From an uncultured delta proteobacterium (lineage in GTDB: Bacteria > Myxococcota > Myxococcia > Myxococcales > Anaeromyxobacteraceae), in assembly GCA_963766715.1 (NCBI GenBank), contig CAVYBH010000012.1:672001-736000 (forward strand): a stretch of 64,000 nucleotides of DNA, given 5' to 3'. How positions within the stretch are numbered: the first letter of the stretch is position 1; every line of letters begins with the position of its first letter. The notes under the pieces were generated by a model. The model was not told the DNA's origin and ran no database searches. It saw only the letters and a list, made by a program, of their open reading frames with translations. Position numbers and translations under genes: made by a program. Of the stretch, positions 12,479 through 27,835 are shown piece by piece.

Positions 12479-13143
12479 TCAGCCCGCGGTCCGCCCCGGG
12501 GCCGCCTCGAAGTCGTAGATCGACTCGACCCGCACGTTCCGGTACCGCTCGAGCCGGAGCGCCATCCGGGAGAGCAGCGCCAGGAACTCCTCGACGTCGG
12601 GGCCCTGCCCCGGGAGCGCACTGCCGGCCCGGCGCTTCGCCTCCTTGAGGATGGCGCGCCGGACCTCGCGAGGGTGGTAGATGGACGACGCGGAGAAGTG
12701 GAGCTTGCCCTCGTGCGGGAAGAGCCGCGCCTCGAGGATGTCGCCCTTGGCGAGGGCCACGACGGCCCGACGCTCCACGACCTCGTGGCGGGCGCCGGAC
12801 GAGGACGTCCTCCACCTCCACGATGCCCGGACGGATCTTCCGCACCTCGAGCAGCAGGTGCAGGTTGCGCCCCATCTCCCGCATCTGGGACCGCTCGTCG
12901 GTGGTGAGCCCCGCGCCGTCCTCCCGCAGGAAGTGCTCGAGCGTGGTGCCCGTCCCCGTCGGGCCGGAAGTCGAAGAGGTAGTGATCGATGAGCCCGTTC
13001 ATCCGGGTCTCGTAGCTCTTGTCCTCCTCGTGCGGCTCGCCCACCCGGGCGAAGTACGCGCGCCGGGCCTCGAGCAGCCATGGCTGCCGGGCCTCCGCGC
13101 CCGCCCAGGCGAGGAGCCGGTCGTGCATCTCGGCCAGGGTCAC
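12479..13143 (-). CDS. Hypothetical protein, about two frameshifts
   Basis: GTG overlaps the carA stop. Plausible segments [37 protein letters not shown] and [27 protein letters not shown] lie in different frames. Confidence 0.65.
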
Positions 13144-14261
13144 GGACGCCGCTCCATCATCCCGATGAAGCGCCCGAAGAGCTGCCGGGCGTCGTGCGGC
13201 CCGGGCGACGACTCGGGGTGGTACTGCACGCTGAAGGCCGGGGCGTCGAGCACCTCGAGCCCCTCGACCGTTCCGTCGTTCAGGTTCACGTGCGAGACGC
13301 GCGCCTTCTTGCCCAGCGTGCGGTCGTCGACCGCGAAGCCGTGGTTCTGGCAGGTGATGTCCACCTTCCCGGTGGCCAGGTCCTTCACGGGCTGGTTGGC
13401 GCCGCGATGGCCGAACTTGAGCTTGTAGGTGGACGCGCCGAGCGCCAGCGCCAGGATCTGGTGACCCAGGCAGATGCCGAACACCGGGACCTTGCCCAGG
13501 AGCGCCGCGACCGTGTCCCGGGCGCCGAGCACCGCCGCCGGGTCCCCCGGACCGTTGGTGAGGAAGATGCCGTCGGGCCGGTAGGCGAGCGCCTCCGCGG
13601 CGGTCGTGCGGCTCGGCACCACCGTGACCCGGCACCCCGAGTCGGCCAGCAGCCGAAGCATGGCCCGCTTGAGCCCCCAGTCGTACGCGACCACGTGGAA
13701 CCGGGGCTTCTCGATCGGGTGGCGGTCGCCGTCGGACCAGGCGTCGGCCCCGCCCTCCCGCCACTCGTACGGGCTCGCCGTGGAGATCCGGGTGGCCAGG
13801 TCCTGCCCCTCCATGCCCGGCAGCGCCCGGGCCCGGGCGACGAGCGCGGCGGGGCTGCCGTCGCGGGCGATGACCCCCATCTGCGCACCGGTGGTCCGGA
13901 TGTGGCGGGTGAGGCGCCGGGTGTCGATGCCGTGGATTCCCACGACCCCGTTCGCCCGGAGGTACTCCTCGAGGCCGGCCTCGGCCCGGAAGCTGGACGG
14001 CTCCCCGGCGAAGTGCCGGACGATGAACCCGGTCGCGTGCACCTTCGCGGATTCCTGGTCGGCCCGGTTCGTCCCGTAGTTTCCCTGCTCCGGGTAGGTC
14101 ATGCAGACCATCTGCCCGACGTAGGAGGGATCGGTGAGGATCTCCTGGTACCCGGTCATCGACGTGTTGAAGACCACCTCGCCGTGGGCCTCTCCCTCGG
14201 CGCCGAAGGCTCGACCCTCGAACACCGTTCCGTCGGCGAGCGCGAGGGTCGCCCTCGTCAT
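13140..14261 (-). CDS. carA: Carbamoyl-phosphate synthase small subunit
   Basis: [46 protein letters not shown]. Confidence 0.97.
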   Translation of the reverse strand: MTRATLALADGTVFEGRAFGAEGEAHGEVVFNTSMTGYQEILTDPSYVGQMVCMTYPEQGNYGTNRADQESAKVHATGFIVRHFAGEPSSFRAEAGLEEYLRANGVVGIHGIDTRRLTRHIRTTGAQMGVIARDGSPAALVARARALPGMEGQDLATRISTASPYEWREGGADAWSDGDRHPIEKPRFHVVAYDWGLKRAMLRLLADSGCRVTVVPSRTTAAEALAYRPDGIFLTNGPGDPAAVLGARDTVAALLGKVPVFGICLGHQILALALGASTYKLKFGHRGANQPVKDLATGKVDITCQNHGFAVDDRTLGKKARVSHVNLNDGTVEGLEVLDAPAFSVQYHPESSPGPHDARQLFGRFIGMMERRP

Positions 14262-15565
14262 CGAGCCTCCTCCAGCCGGTGGACCTGGCGTCCCCCCACG
14301 AGCGTCTCGACGCAGCGCCCGGTGAGCTTCTTCCCCTTCCAGGGGGTGTTCCGGCTGCGACTGTGGCCGCGCATGGGGTCGACGACCCAGGACAGCCCGG
14401 GGTCCAGGATGGCCAGGTCGGCGGCGGCGCCCACCGCCAGCGTGCCGCCTGGCAGGGAGAAGCAGCGCGCGGCCGAGATGGTCAGCGCCTCGATGAGCCG
14501 CTTCTCGGTGAGGACACCCTGCCGGACCAGTTCCAGGCAGACCGGGAAGGCCGTCTCGAGCCCGAGGATGCCGTTCAGCGCGGCGTCGAACTCCAGCTTC
14601 TTCTCCTCGGGGGAGTGCGGGGCGTGGTCCGTGGCGATGGCGTCGAGGGTCCCGTCGGCGACCCCTTCCCGGACCGCCTTCACGTCCGCCTCGGAGCGCA
14701 GCGGCGGGTTCATCTTGAAGTCGGGGTCGTAGTCGCTCGCGGCCACGTCCAGGTCGGAGAGCGCCAGGTGGTGCGGCGTCGCCTCGCCGGTCACGGGCAG
14801 CCCGCGCCGCTTGGCGTCCCGGATGGCGCGAACCGCGCCCGCCGTGGAGACGTGGCAGATGTGGAGCCGCCCGCCGGTGAGCTCGAGGAGCGAGATGTCC
14901 CGGAGCACCATCACGTCCTCGGCCTGGGCCGGGATGCCCTTGAGGCCGAGGCGCGTGGCCGGGAGCCCCTCGTTCATCACGCCCTTGCCGACGAGGTGGA
15001 GGTCCTCCTCGTGGACGGCCAGCGGCAGGCCGAACACCCGGGAGTACTCGAGCGCCCGGCGCATGAGCCCGGAGGACATGACCGGACTGCCGTCGTCGGA
15101 GAGCGCCACGCATCCGGCGGTCTTCAGCTCGCCGTACTCGGCCAGGTCCTCGCCCTTGCGTCCCTTGGTGGCGGCGCCGACCGGGTAGACCCGGGCCAGC
15201 CCGGCCGCGGCGGCCCGCGCGAGCATGAGCTCGGTCACGCTGGTGTTGTCGTTGGCCGGCACCGTGTTGGGCATGGCGCAGACGGCGGTGAAGCCGCCGG
15301 CGACCGCGGCCCGGGTACCGGTGGCCACCGTCTCCTTGTACTCCTGCCCCGGCTCGCGCAGGTGGACGTGGAGATCCACGAACCCCGGCGTGACCCACTT
15401 GCCGCGGGCATCGACGATGCGCGCCCCGGCGGGCGCCTCGGCCCGCTCGGCCACCGCGGCGATCTTCCCGTCGCGGATGACCACGGTCCGGATCCCGTCC
15501 ACGCCGCTGGCGGGGTCGATGACCCGGCCACCCTGCACGACCGTCACTTCGCTCGAGGTGCTCAT
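14258..15565 (-). CDS. pyrC: Dihydroorotase
   Basis: [28 protein letters not shown]. Confidence 0.95.
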   Translation of the reverse strand: MSTSSEVTVVQGGRVIDPASGVDGIRTVVIRDGKIAAVAERAEAPAGARIVDARGKWVTPGFVDLHVHLREPGQEYKETVATGTRAAVAGGFTAVCAMPNTVPANDNTSVTELMLARAAAAGLARVYPVGAATKGRKGEDLAEYGELKTAGCVALSDDGSPVMSSGLMRRALEYSRVFGLPLAVHEEDLHLVGKGVMNEGLPATRLGLKGIPAQAEDVMVLRDISLLELTGGRLHICHVSTAGAVRAIRDAKRRGLPVTGEATPHHLALSDLDVAASDYDPDFKMNPPLRSEADVKAVREGVADGTLDAIATDHAPHSPEEKKLEFDAALNGILGLETAFPVCLELVRQGVLTEKRLIEALTISAARCFSLPGGTLAVGAAADLAILDPGLSWVVDPMRGHSRSRNTPWKGKKLTGRCVETLVGGRQVHRLEEAR

Positions 15566-15568
15566 GCC

Positions 15569-16519
15569 TCAGACCTTCTCCGCTCGGGCAGCGTCGCCGG
15601 CGCCGCCGGCGAGCAGGTAGAGGATGGCCATCCGGACGGCCACGCCGTTCTGGACCTGGTCCAGGATCACGCTGTGCGGCCCGTCGGCGACGTCGGAGGA
15701 GAGCTCCACCCCGCGGTTGATCGGGCCGGGGTGGAGGATCACCGTCTCCGGCTTGAGCCACTCGGCCGCCTTGCGGGCGTTGAGCCCCCAGTACTTGGAG
15801 TACTCGCGGGTGTTGGGGATGAGGGGGTCGCCGATGCGCTCGTGCTGGATGCGCAGCATGATCACCGCGTCCGCGCCCTCGACCGCCGTGCGGAGGTCGT
15901 GGTGGACCGTGGCGCCCATCTGCTCGATGCCCATCGGCATCATGGTGGGCGGCCCGCAGAGCCGGACCCGCGCCCCCAGCTTGGGAAGCGAGTGCAGGTC
16001 GGAGCGAGCCACGCGCGAGTGGCTGATGTCGCCCACGATGGCCACCGTCCGCCCTTCCAGGCTGCCGAAGCGCTCCCGGAGGGTGAAGCAGTCGAGGAGT
16101 CCCTGGCTGGGGTGCTCGTGGGCGCCGTCGCCGGCGGAGACCACCGCGCAGCCCACGTTCTTCGCCAGGAAGTTGGGCGCGCCGCTGGCCGAGTGGCGGA
16201 CCACCAGCACGTCGGGGCGCATGGCCTCGAGGTTCTTGGCCGTGTCGAGGAGCGTCTCGCCCTTGGTGGTGGAGGACTGGGCCGCCGTCCAGTTGAGGGC
16301 GTCCGCGGAGAGCGTCTTCGCGGCGATCTCGAAGGAGCTCCGGGTGCGGGTGGAGGTCTCGAAGAACAGGTTCACCACGCTCTTGCCGCGCAGCGACGGG
16401 ACCTTCTTCACCGGGCGGGAGAGCACCTCCTTCATGGAGGTGGCGAGGTCGAGGACCTCGAGGATCTCCTCCCGGGAGAGCGGCTCGAGGCCGATGAGGT
16501 GACGGTGTCGTCCGATCAC
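15569..16519 (-). CDS. pyrB: Aspartate carbamoyltransferase catalytic subunit
   Basis: [31 protein letters not shown]. Confidence 0.96.
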   Translation of the reverse strand: MIGRHRHLIGLEPLSREEILEVLDLATSMKEVLSRPVKKVPSLRGKSVVNLFFETSTRTRSSFEIAAKTLSADALNWTAAQSSTTKGETLLDTAKNLEAMRPDVLVVRHSASGAPNFLAKNVGCAVVSAGDGAHEHPSQGLLDCFTLRERFGSLEGRTVAIVGDISHSRVARSDLHSLPKLGARVRLCGPPTMMPMGIEQMGATVHHDLRTAVEGADAVIMLRIQHERIGDPLIPNTREYSKYWGLNARKAAEWLKPETVILHPGPINRGVELSSDVADGPHSVILDQVQNGVAVRMAILYLLAGGAGDAARAEKV

Positions 16520-17052
16520 GGCTTCCTCCCCTGGCGCACCACGACCGAGTCCTCGGCGGCTCCGTTCTCCCGCCACCGGACCTGCACGTCGTCCCCTTCC
16601 GGAACGTCGATCCGGGCTCCGGCGAAGTCGGCGGCGATGGGCAGCTCGCGGCCCCCGCGATCGACGAGGACCGCCAGCCAGACCCGGCGCGGGCGCCCGA
16701 AGTCGACCAGCTCGTCGAGGGCGGCCCGGATGGTGCGACCGGTGTAGAGGACGTCGTCGGTGAGCACGATGGTCCGGCCCTCCAGCGGGAAGCGGACGTC
16801 GGTGGGACCCACCACCGGCGCCGCGCCGCGCTGGGACAGGTCGTCCCGGTAGAGCGCGATGTCGAGCGTTCCCAGCGGGGGCGTCACCCCGGTGGAACGC
16901 GCGATCTCGGCGCGGAGGCGCTCGGCGAGCGGGACCCCGCCGCGGCGGATCCCCACCAGCGCCAGCCCTTCCGGCGAGCCCAGCGCCCGGGCCCGATCCA
17001 GCACCTCGTGCGCGATCCGCTCCACCGCCCTCTGCACGGCCTCGGCGTTCAT
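16516..17052 (-). CDS. pyrR: PyrR regulator/uracil phosphoribosyltransferase
   Basis: [40 protein letters not shown]. Confidence 0.93.
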   Translation of the reverse strand: MNAEAVQRAVERIAHEVLDRARALGSPEGLALVGIRRGGVPLAERLRAEIARSTGVTPPLGTLDIALYRDDLSQRGAAPVVGPTDVRFPLEGRTIVLTDDVLYTGRTIRAALDELVDFGRPRRVWLAVLVDRGGRELPIAADFAGARIDVPEGDDVQVRWRENGAAEDSVVVRQGRKP

Positions 17053-17074
17053 GTCTCCCCGTTCCCCTTCCCTC

Positions 17075-17567
17075 TCAACGAGACGGTCCCCAGTCCGCAC
17101 GCGTCAGGTCCATGGTCAGGTCCACCCGGTACACCCGCTCCAGGCGGCGATCGAGCCAGGGCAGCTCGAGGGTGCGCGGGTACTCGAACTCGACGTGGAG
17201 GGAGGGCGGCTGCGTCGTGCGCTCCCAGACCACGTCGCGGGCCGTGAGGTCGATGACCGGGGTCCTCACCCGGCGCCCGGCCTCGTCCACGCCGTCGACC
17301 GACTGGAGGAACCGGATCCTGGTCAGCATGCCCTCGAGCAGGGCCGCGTCGTCCGGGTTCTTCACCGCCTGGTTGCCGTAGTCCCGCACCACCTGCTTCA
17401 CCTCGTAGTGGAGCACCATCGCGGGGCCGAACACCATCGACCGCGTACGCCCCCGCCGCCACCGCCAGGACGAGCACCAGCGTCACCCAGCTCACCCCTC
17501 CGCGTTCTAGCCGCTTCCGGCGGGCGAGGAAAGCGCGCAACTGGGGCTCTCGCGGCGACGGCGCCAT
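17075..17567 (-). CDS. DUF4845-like membrane-anchored, pilin-like protein, frameshift near 17440
   Basis: Basic N-terminus RRKRLERG followed by hydrophobic GVSWVTLVLVLAVAAGAY; continues in ORF 17075..17437; directly downstream of lepA. Confidence 0.6.
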
Positions 17568-17569
17568 GG

Positions 17570-19375
<1,806 letters not shown>

Positions 19376-19548
19376 CGGGTCGGGGCTTTCTAGCACGCGC
19401 ACCTGACCCGAGCACCCCCCGCGACATCGGCGATGACGCCTTGCGTCACGCGTTCAGGGTACGCTCGTAGGGGGAACCCTTCGTGGGGCGTGTCGAGGAG
19501 TCGGACGGCCCATGCCTACACGAACGGACATCCTGGATCTGGCCGAAT

Positions 19549-19596
19549 TTACCGTATTTGGTGTCTGTCAAGACCATACACCACAATATATTGTGG
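19549..19596. promoter_or_regulatory. Tandem NrdR boxes
   Basis: Perfect palindrome CCACAATATATTGTGG (19581-19596) and degenerate TTACCGTATTTGGTGT (19549-19564), 32 bp apart, upstream of nrdJ. Confidence 0.85.
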
Positions 19597-19604
19597 TTAC
19601 CGCC

Positions 19605-19632
19605 TTGACTCCTGATTGGTCGCCGATATCGT
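19605..19632 (+). promoter_or_regulatory. Candidate sigma70 promoter for nrdJ
   Basis: TTGACT-N16-TATCGT just downstream of the NrdR boxes. Confidence 0.5.
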
Positions 19633-19838
19633 TCGCCCTCGCCGCCGCAGTCCATCGTCGGACGTGGCGGCGGTCGAGAGGCGGCGGGGGGCGCGAGCGC
19701 TCCCGTGTCAGAGGCGACGGGTAGAGCCTCCGGTCCACCCCGCGGTGGACGCGGTGGCCAGGGCAAGGAAACAACGGGGCCGGACGGAGACGTTCCGGGC
19801 CCACGCAGGCCGGTAGAGGGCCGGTCGGGAGGTCGGAG

Positions 19839-22628
<2,790 letters not shown>

Positions 22629-22662
22629 GCCACCGGCGCGCGATCGCGCGTCCCGGATGAAC

Positions 22663-22693
22663 GAAGGGCGCCGGGTCTCCCCGGCGCCCTTTC
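22663..22693. terminator. Hairpin terminator between convergent nrdJ and the cupredoxin-domain gene
   Basis: AAGGGCGCCGGG-TCTC-CCCGGCGCCCTT followed by TCTCGTTT. Confidence 0.75.
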
Positions 22694-22718
22694 TCGTTTC
22701 GTCAGGACTCGGCCGCCG

Positions 22719-23072
22719 TCAGTCGCTGACGACGATCTTGCCGCCACCCATGCCCATGGCCGTGCAGTGGAAGGCCTCCACGCCCGCCTTGGCCGGCGTG
22801 ATGGTGATGGCGACCGCCTTGTCGAGCGGGAGCTGGAAGTTCTTCACCTTCTCGGCGGGGATGTCGACCGCCTTGATGCAGGTCCGCTCGGTCGTGCGCA
22901 GGAAGCTGAGCGTGACCGGCTGCCCCTTCTTCACCTGGATCTCGCGCGGCTCGAAGCCGGCGTCGGTGACCTTGATCTCGATGGTCTTCCCCGCGGCGGG
23001 AGCGGGGGTCGCCTTGTCCGCGGCCAGGACGGGCAACGCGACGAGCAGGGCGAGCAGGGCGGCCTTCTTCAT
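22719..23072 (-). CDS. Secreted cupredoxin-like domain protein
   Basis: Signal peptide, IEIKVTDAGFEP, VKKGQPVTLSF, FHCTAMGMGGGKIVV. Confidence 0.8.
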   Translation of the reverse strand: MKKAALLALLVALPVLAADKATPAPAAGKTIEIKVTDAGFEPREIQVKKGQPVTLSFLRTTERTCIKAVDIPAEKVKNFQLPLDKAVAITITPAKAGVEAFHCTAMGMGGGKIVVSD

Positions 23073-23138
23073 GTGGGGAATCCTCCAGTGTGGGTCGGGA
23101 GAACATCATAGCGGCGGACGGGATTCCCGCGAGGAAGC

Positions 23139-26100
23139 TCAGTGGAAGTTCCTCGGGGTGGTCCCGACGGGGTCGACCGGCGAGAGCGGGAGCAACTCGC
23201 GGACCTGGAGGTTCACCACCCTTCCGGTACGCTCCACCCGGCCCCGGGCGATGAGGAAGGGGGCGCCGCGCACCAGCGGGCGGAAGCGCTCGTAGACGTC
23301 GGGCATCACCACCAGGTTGGCGATGCCGGTCTCGTCCTCCAGGGAGACGAAGGTGATCCCCCTCGCGGTCTCCGGGCGCTGCCGGACGATGACGATGCCG
23401 CCCACCTCCACCGGGGCCCTGTCGCGCAGCCGGGAGAGCTCCCGCGCCGTCCGGGCCCCGCGGGCCGAGAGCGCCGCCCGGAGGAAGGAGACCGGGTGGG
23501 CCTTCTCGGAGAGGCCGGTGGCCGCGTAGTCCCGGGCCACCTCCTCGGCCGCCGCTGGCTCGGGGAGGGAGGCCGGGGGCTCGGGCGGGAGGCGCCCGGC
23601 GAAGAGGTCGGCCTCGTCCCCCGGCGCGAGCCCGAGCGCCGTCCAGAGCGCGGCCCGCCGCCCGGGAGCCAGCGAGCGCAGCGCCCCCGCCTCGGCGAGG
23701 CGCGCCAGCCAGGCCCGGGACAGCCTCGCCCGGCGCGCCAGGTCCTCCACCGAGGAGAAGGGCGAGTCCCGCCGCGCCGCGAGCAGCGCCTCGCCCACCG
23801 CGTGCGGCAACCCGCGGATGCGCGAGAGCCCGAGGCGCAGCGCCGGCCGCTCCCCGGGCCCCGCCGCCACCCCTTCCCCGGGCCCCTCCAGCGTGCATTC
23901 CCAGTCACTGTGGACGGCGTCCACGCCCCGCACCTCCACCCCGTGCCGCTTGGCGTCCTCCACCAGCGTATGGGGGGCGTAGAAGCCCATGGGCTGGCTG
24001 TCGAGCAGCGCGGCGGCGAAGGCCGCCGGGTGGTGACACTTCACCCAGGCCGACGCGTAGACCAGCAGCGCGAAGGAGGCCGCGTGCGATTCCGGGAAGC
24101 CGTAGCCGGCGAAGCCGTGGAGCTGCTGGAGGATGGCGTCGGCGTCGGCGCGCGGGATCCCCCGCTCCGCCATCCCGGCCACGAGCCGATCCCGCATCTC
24201 CTCGATCCGCTGGTGGGATCGCTTGTGGGTCATGGCCCTGCGCAGCTCGTCGGCCTCGCCGGGGGTGTAGCCGGCCGCCACCACCGCGAGCCGCATGGCC
24301 TGCTCCTGGAAGAGCGGGATGCCGAGCGTGCGCTCCAGCACGGCCCGCAGCGGCTCGTACGGATAGTGGACCTCCTCCAGGCCGTCGCGACGCCGCAGGA
24401 AGGGGTGGACCATCCCCCCCTGGATGGGGCCGGGGCGGATGATGGCCACCGAGATGACCAGGTCGTAGAAGCGGCGGGGCCGCAACCGGGGGAGCAGGGA
24501 CATCTGCGCGCGCGACTCGATCTGGAAGACCCCGATGGTGTCGGCCCGCGAGATCATCTCGTAGACCGCCGGCTCCTCGGCGGGGATGGTGGCGAGCGAG
24601 CCGGGATGGGGCACGGCGGTCTCTCCGGCGGGCGCCGGCCGGTGGCGCGCGAGGAGCACCAGGCTCCGGGAGAGCGCGGTCAGCATGCCCAGCGCGAGCA
24701 GGTCCACCTTGAGGAGCCCCAGCTCGGCGAGGTCGTCCTTGTCCCACTGGACCACCGTGCGCCCGGCCATCGCCGCCGGCTGCACCGGCACGGTCTCGAC
24801 GAGCGGCCGGCGGGTGATGACGAAGCCCCCCACGTGGATGGAGAGGTGGCGCGGGAAGCCGGCGATCTCCGCCGCCAGCCGCAGGGCGTGGCGAACCGCC
24901 GGCGAGCCCTGGGGATCGAGGCCGGCCTGCTCGAGCACCGCCGGCGGGATCTCGCCGGCCGCGTCGTGGCTCCCCACCAGCTTCGACAGCCGGTCCACCT
25001 GGTCGGGCGCGAGGCCGAGCGCCTTGCCCACGTCGCGGATGGCCGAGCGGGCCCGGTAGCTGATGACCTCGCAGACCATGCCGGCCCGGTCCCGCCCGTA
25101 GCGCTCGTAGACGTACTGGATGACCTCCTCGCGCCGCTCGTGCTCGAAGTCGACGTCGATGTCGGGCGGCTCGCCCCGCTCCGCCGAGAGGAAGCGCTCG
25201 AAGAGCAGCCCCGAGCGCACCGGGTCGATGGAGGTGATGCCGAGCACGAAGCACACGGCCGAGTTGGCCGCGCTGCCGCGTCCCTGGCAGAGGATGCCGC
25301 GCTCGCGGGCGAAGCGGACCAGGTCCCAGACGGTGAGGAAGTAGCTCTCGTAGCCGAGCTGCTCGACGAGGGCGAGCTCGCGGGCGAGCTGCCGGTCCAC
25401 GTCGGGCGGCGCCGCGCCGCCGTACCGCCAGCGCGTTCCCTCCCGCACCAGGCGGCGGAGCAGGTCCATCCCGCCCACCGGCCCGGTCCCCTCCCCGCCC
25501 GGAGCGGCCCCGTCCACGAGCACCGGCGGGAGGGGGTGCTCGCCGCGGATCTCGTCGAGCCGGAAGGCGCAGCCGGCGGCGATCCCGGCGGCCGCCTCGA
25601 GCCCCTCGGGGAAGTCGGCCCACAGGCGCGCCATCTCCTCGGGGCCCTTCAGGGTTCGCTCGGCGTTGGGGAAGAGGCGGCGCCCCACCCGGTCCACGGA
25701 GGTTCCGAGGCGGACGCAGGTGAGGACGTCCTGCAGCGGCTGGCGGCGGCGGTCGTGGGTATGGACGTCGTTCACCACCGCCACGGTGATCCCGAGCCGG
25801 CGCCCCACGCTGCGCACCGCGGCGATGCGCGCCTCCTCGCCCGCCGCGCGGTGGCGCGACACCACGAGGGCGAGCCGTCTCCCGAAGGCCTCCCGGAGCC
25901 GGACCGCCGCGTCGGCATCGGCGCCGCCGTGGAGGGCGAAGAGCCCGCGGGCCCGCTCGGCCACCGCCAGGAAGGGGAGCCGCGCCTCGACGCCCGGCCC
26001 CCCCTGGTGCGCCTCGGTGAGCAGGCGGCAGAGCCCGGCGTAGCCCTCGCGATCCACGGCCAGCAGCGTCACGCTCGCGGCACCGGGGCCGAGGCCGTCG

Positions 26101-26312
26101 CAGGTCACCTCGGCGCCGACGACGAGCGGGATGCCGCGCTTGCGGGCCCGGGCATGGGCCCGAACCACGCCGTAGAGGCCATGGCGATCGGCGAGTGCCA
26201 GCGCCTCGAGCCCCAGGTCGGCGGCGCGGTCCACCAGTTCCTCGGGGTGGCTCGCTCCCTCCAGGAAGGAGAAGTTGGAGCGGCAGCGCAGCTCGGCGTA
26301 GCGGGGCGCCAT
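23139..26312 (-). CDS. dnaE2: Error-prone DNA polymerase DnaE2 (ImuC)
   Basis: YAELRCRSNFSFLEGASHPEEL, GRGSAANS, PPDIDVDFEH, YGFPESHAASFA, RQRPETARG, C-terminal RNFH. Confidence 0.96.
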   Translation of the reverse strand: MAPRYAELRCRSNFSFLEGASHPEELVDRAADLGLEALALADRHGLYGVVRAHARARKRGIPLVVGAEVTCDGLGPGAASVTLLAVDREGYAGLCRLLTEAHQGGPGVEARLPFLAVAERARGLFALHGGADADAAVRLREAFGRRLALVVSRHRAAGEEARIAAVRSVGRRLGITVAVVNDVHTHDRRRQPLQDVLTCVRLGTSVDRVGRRLFPNAERTLKGPEEMARLWADFPEGLEAAAGIAAGCAFRLDEIRGEHPLPPVLVDGAAPGGEGTGPVGGMDLLRRLVREGTRWRYGGAAPPDVDRQLARELALVEQLGYESYFLTVWDLVRFARERGILCQGRGSAANSAVCFVLGITSIDPVRSGLLFERFLSAERGEPPDIDVDFEHERREEVIQYVYERYGRDRAGMVCEVISYRARSAIRDVGKALGLAPDQVDRLSKLVGSHDAAGEIPPAVLEQAGLDPQGSPAVRHALRLAAEIAGFPRHLSIHVGGFVITRRPLVETVPVQPAAMAGRTVVQWDKDDLAELGLLKVDLLALGMLTALSRSLVLLARHRPAPAGETAVPHPGSLATIPAEEPAVYEMISRADTIGVFQIESRAQMSLLPRLRPRRFYDLVISVAIIRPGPIQGGMVHPFLRRRDGLEEVHYPYEPLRAVLERTLGIPLFQEQAMRLAVVAAGYTPGEADELRRAMTHKRSHQRIEEMRDRLVAGMAERGIPRADADAILQQLHGFAGYGFPESHAASFALLVYASAWVKCHHPAAFAAALLDSQPMGFYAPHTLVEDAKRHGVEVRGVDAVHSDWECTLEGPGEGVAAGPGERPALRLGLSRIRGLPHAVGEALLAARRDSPFSSVEDLARRARLSRAWLARLAEAGALRSLAPGRRAALWTALGLAPGDEADLFAGRLPPEPPASLPEPAAAEEVARDYAATGLSEKAHPVSFLRAALSARGARTARELSRLRDRAPVEVGGIVIVRQRPETARGITFVSLEDETGIANLVVMPDVYERFRPLVRGAPFLIARGRVERTGRVVNLQVRELLPLSPVDPVGTTPRNFH

Positions 26313-26320
26313 CGTGCTCC

Positions 26321-27835
26321 TCAGTCGAAGAAGCCGTGCAGCCAGAGCCGGCCGTCGCGCCCGTCGCGGTAGATCCACACCTCGCCCAGCCCGTCGAGCC
26401 GGGCGCGGAAGTAGTCGCGGTCGAAGGGCTCGCTCCACCACTCGCCGGCGAGCCGCTCCGGCCCGGAGAGGGAGAGGACGGCACGGACTCCCCCGTCCAC
26501 GCGGAGCGCAGAGAGCCGTCCTCCCTCCCCCAGTGCGACCACCGGCCGCGGCGGGTCGACGAGGCGCGTGGGGCGCCCGGCCGGCGGTTCCGTCTCCTCG
26601 GGGCCGGCGCGCCGATCCGCACCCGACCGCCGGAACGGGGTGGCCCGGTAGGCCGCCTCGGGCCGGTACCGATCGGCCGACTCGGCGGCGAAGAGGGCCC
26701 CGTCGCCGAGCCGGGCCGCGAGCCGCGAGAGGGCCACCTCGAGCGCACGCGCCACCTCCGGACAATCGCCCACGGCGAGTTGCTCCGCCGGGACCTCGGC
26801 CGCCTCCACCACCGAGAGGTCGAGGCCGCGAACCGGCGCGGGGAGCCGCAGCCGCCCGAGCCGCTCCCGGAGCGGAACCATCCAGGATCCCACCTCGGCG
26901 CCCGGGCGGGCGAGCGGCAGGTCGATGCGCTCCTCGCCGCGAGGCTCGAGGAAGAGCGTGAGCCGGAGCCGGCTCGCCCCGAGCCCGCGTCCGGCGAGCC
27001 GGGTCGCCACGCGGTCGGCGAGCCGCTTCACCGCGAAGAGCAGCGGCTCCGTGCTCTCGATCACGCCCACGTCGCTCCCGTCGAGGTCCCAGCGCTCGCG
27101 CGGGAAGGTCTCCGGAGCGAAGGGGACGAGCGGGCGCGCGTCGTCGCCGCGGGCCAGCCGCGCGGCCCCCGCTCCGGCCGCGCCGAAGCGGTGGACGAGC
27201 GTCTCGACTGGCAGTGCGGCCAGCGACCCGACCCGGGTGACGCCCACGGCGGCGAGCCAGCGCACCACCTCGGACGGCAGATCGAGCGCCGCGAGGGGCA
27301 GGGAGGCGAGCGCGACGGCCCCCGCCCCCGGCGCCGCCCGCGTCCGCTCCCGGCCCGCGTGGCGGGCGAGCGCCAGCGCCACCCCCTTGCCGTCGGCCAC
27401 CGCCACGCGCCCCGAGTAGCCCATGTCGCGGCAGAGCCCGATCGCTCCCTCGGCCAGCAGGCGCTCCGAGCCCTCGGCGTCCATCCCTGCCAGGCGCGCG
27501 CCGGTGGCGTCGAGGAGCAGCGCGTCCGGGGAGGCCAGCTCGACGACGGGGGAGATGGCCATGAGCGCCTCGGCCAGCGCGCGCAGCGCGGCCCGGTCGG
27601 CGGCGGGGTCGAGGGGCTCGGCGATCATCGAGGCGCAGGCCGCCCGCGCCTGGGTGAGCGAGTCGCCCGGTCGAACCCCGGCGGCGAGCGCCGGCGTGCT
27701 GGCGTGCCACACCACTCCCTCCGACACGACGCCCACCGGCCCGGTGGCAGGACGGGTGCGCAGGATGCGCTGCAGCGGCAGCGCAGGGACGACGAGCGCG
27801 AGGACGCGCGAGGTCCCTCGCCCCTCAGGCGCCAC
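26321..27835 (-). CDS. imuB: ImuB Y-family polymerase-like accessory protein
   Basis: ALAAGVRPGDSLTQARA, ISPVVE, GPERLAGEWW, RDYF, WLHGFFD; upstream of dnaE2. Confidence 0.88.
   Translation of the reverse strand: MAPEGRGTSRVLALVVPALPLQRILRTRPATGPVGVVSEGVVWHASTPALAAGVRPGDSLTQARAACASMIAEPLDPAADRAALRALAEALMAISPVVELASPDALLLDATGARLAGMDAEGSERLLAEGAIGLCRDMGYSGRVAVADGKGVALALARHAGRERTRAAPGAGAVALASLPLAALDLPSEVVRWLAAVGVTRVGSLAALPVETLVHRFGAAGAGAARLARGDDARPLVPFAPETFPRERWDLDGSDVGVIESTEPLLFAVKRLADRVATRLAGRGLGASRLRLTLFLEPRGEERIDLPLARPGAEVGSWMVPLRERLGRLRLPAPVRGLDLSVVEAAEVPAEQLAVGDCPEVARALEVALSRLAARLGDGALFAAESADRYRPEAAYRATPFRRSGADRRAGPEETEPPAGRPTRLVDPPRPVVALGEGGRLSALRVDGGVRAVLSLSGPERLAGEWWSEPFDRDYFRARLDGLGEVWIYRDGRDGRLWLHGFFD

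Noticed and set aside
13140..15761. Apparent 873-aa carA fusion; similarly the 1038-aa ORF joining the dnaK region to the rimK-like gene
   Set aside because: The extensions are off-frame reads of pyrC and dnaK; the real starts are 14261 and 55353.
17053..17075. PyrR-binding attenuator upstream of pyrR
   Set aside because: Only 22 nt separate pyrR from the upstream gene, and no binding-loop motif is visible.
19640..19838. Cobalamin riboswitch upstream of B12-dependent nrdJ
   Set aside because: No B12-box motifs recognised; only short GC hairpins. The NrdR boxes explain regulation.
23139..27710. Apparent 1523-aa DnaE2 with a long N-terminal extension
   Set aside because: The upstream part is an off-frame read of imuB; the true start is ATG 26312 with its own RBS.
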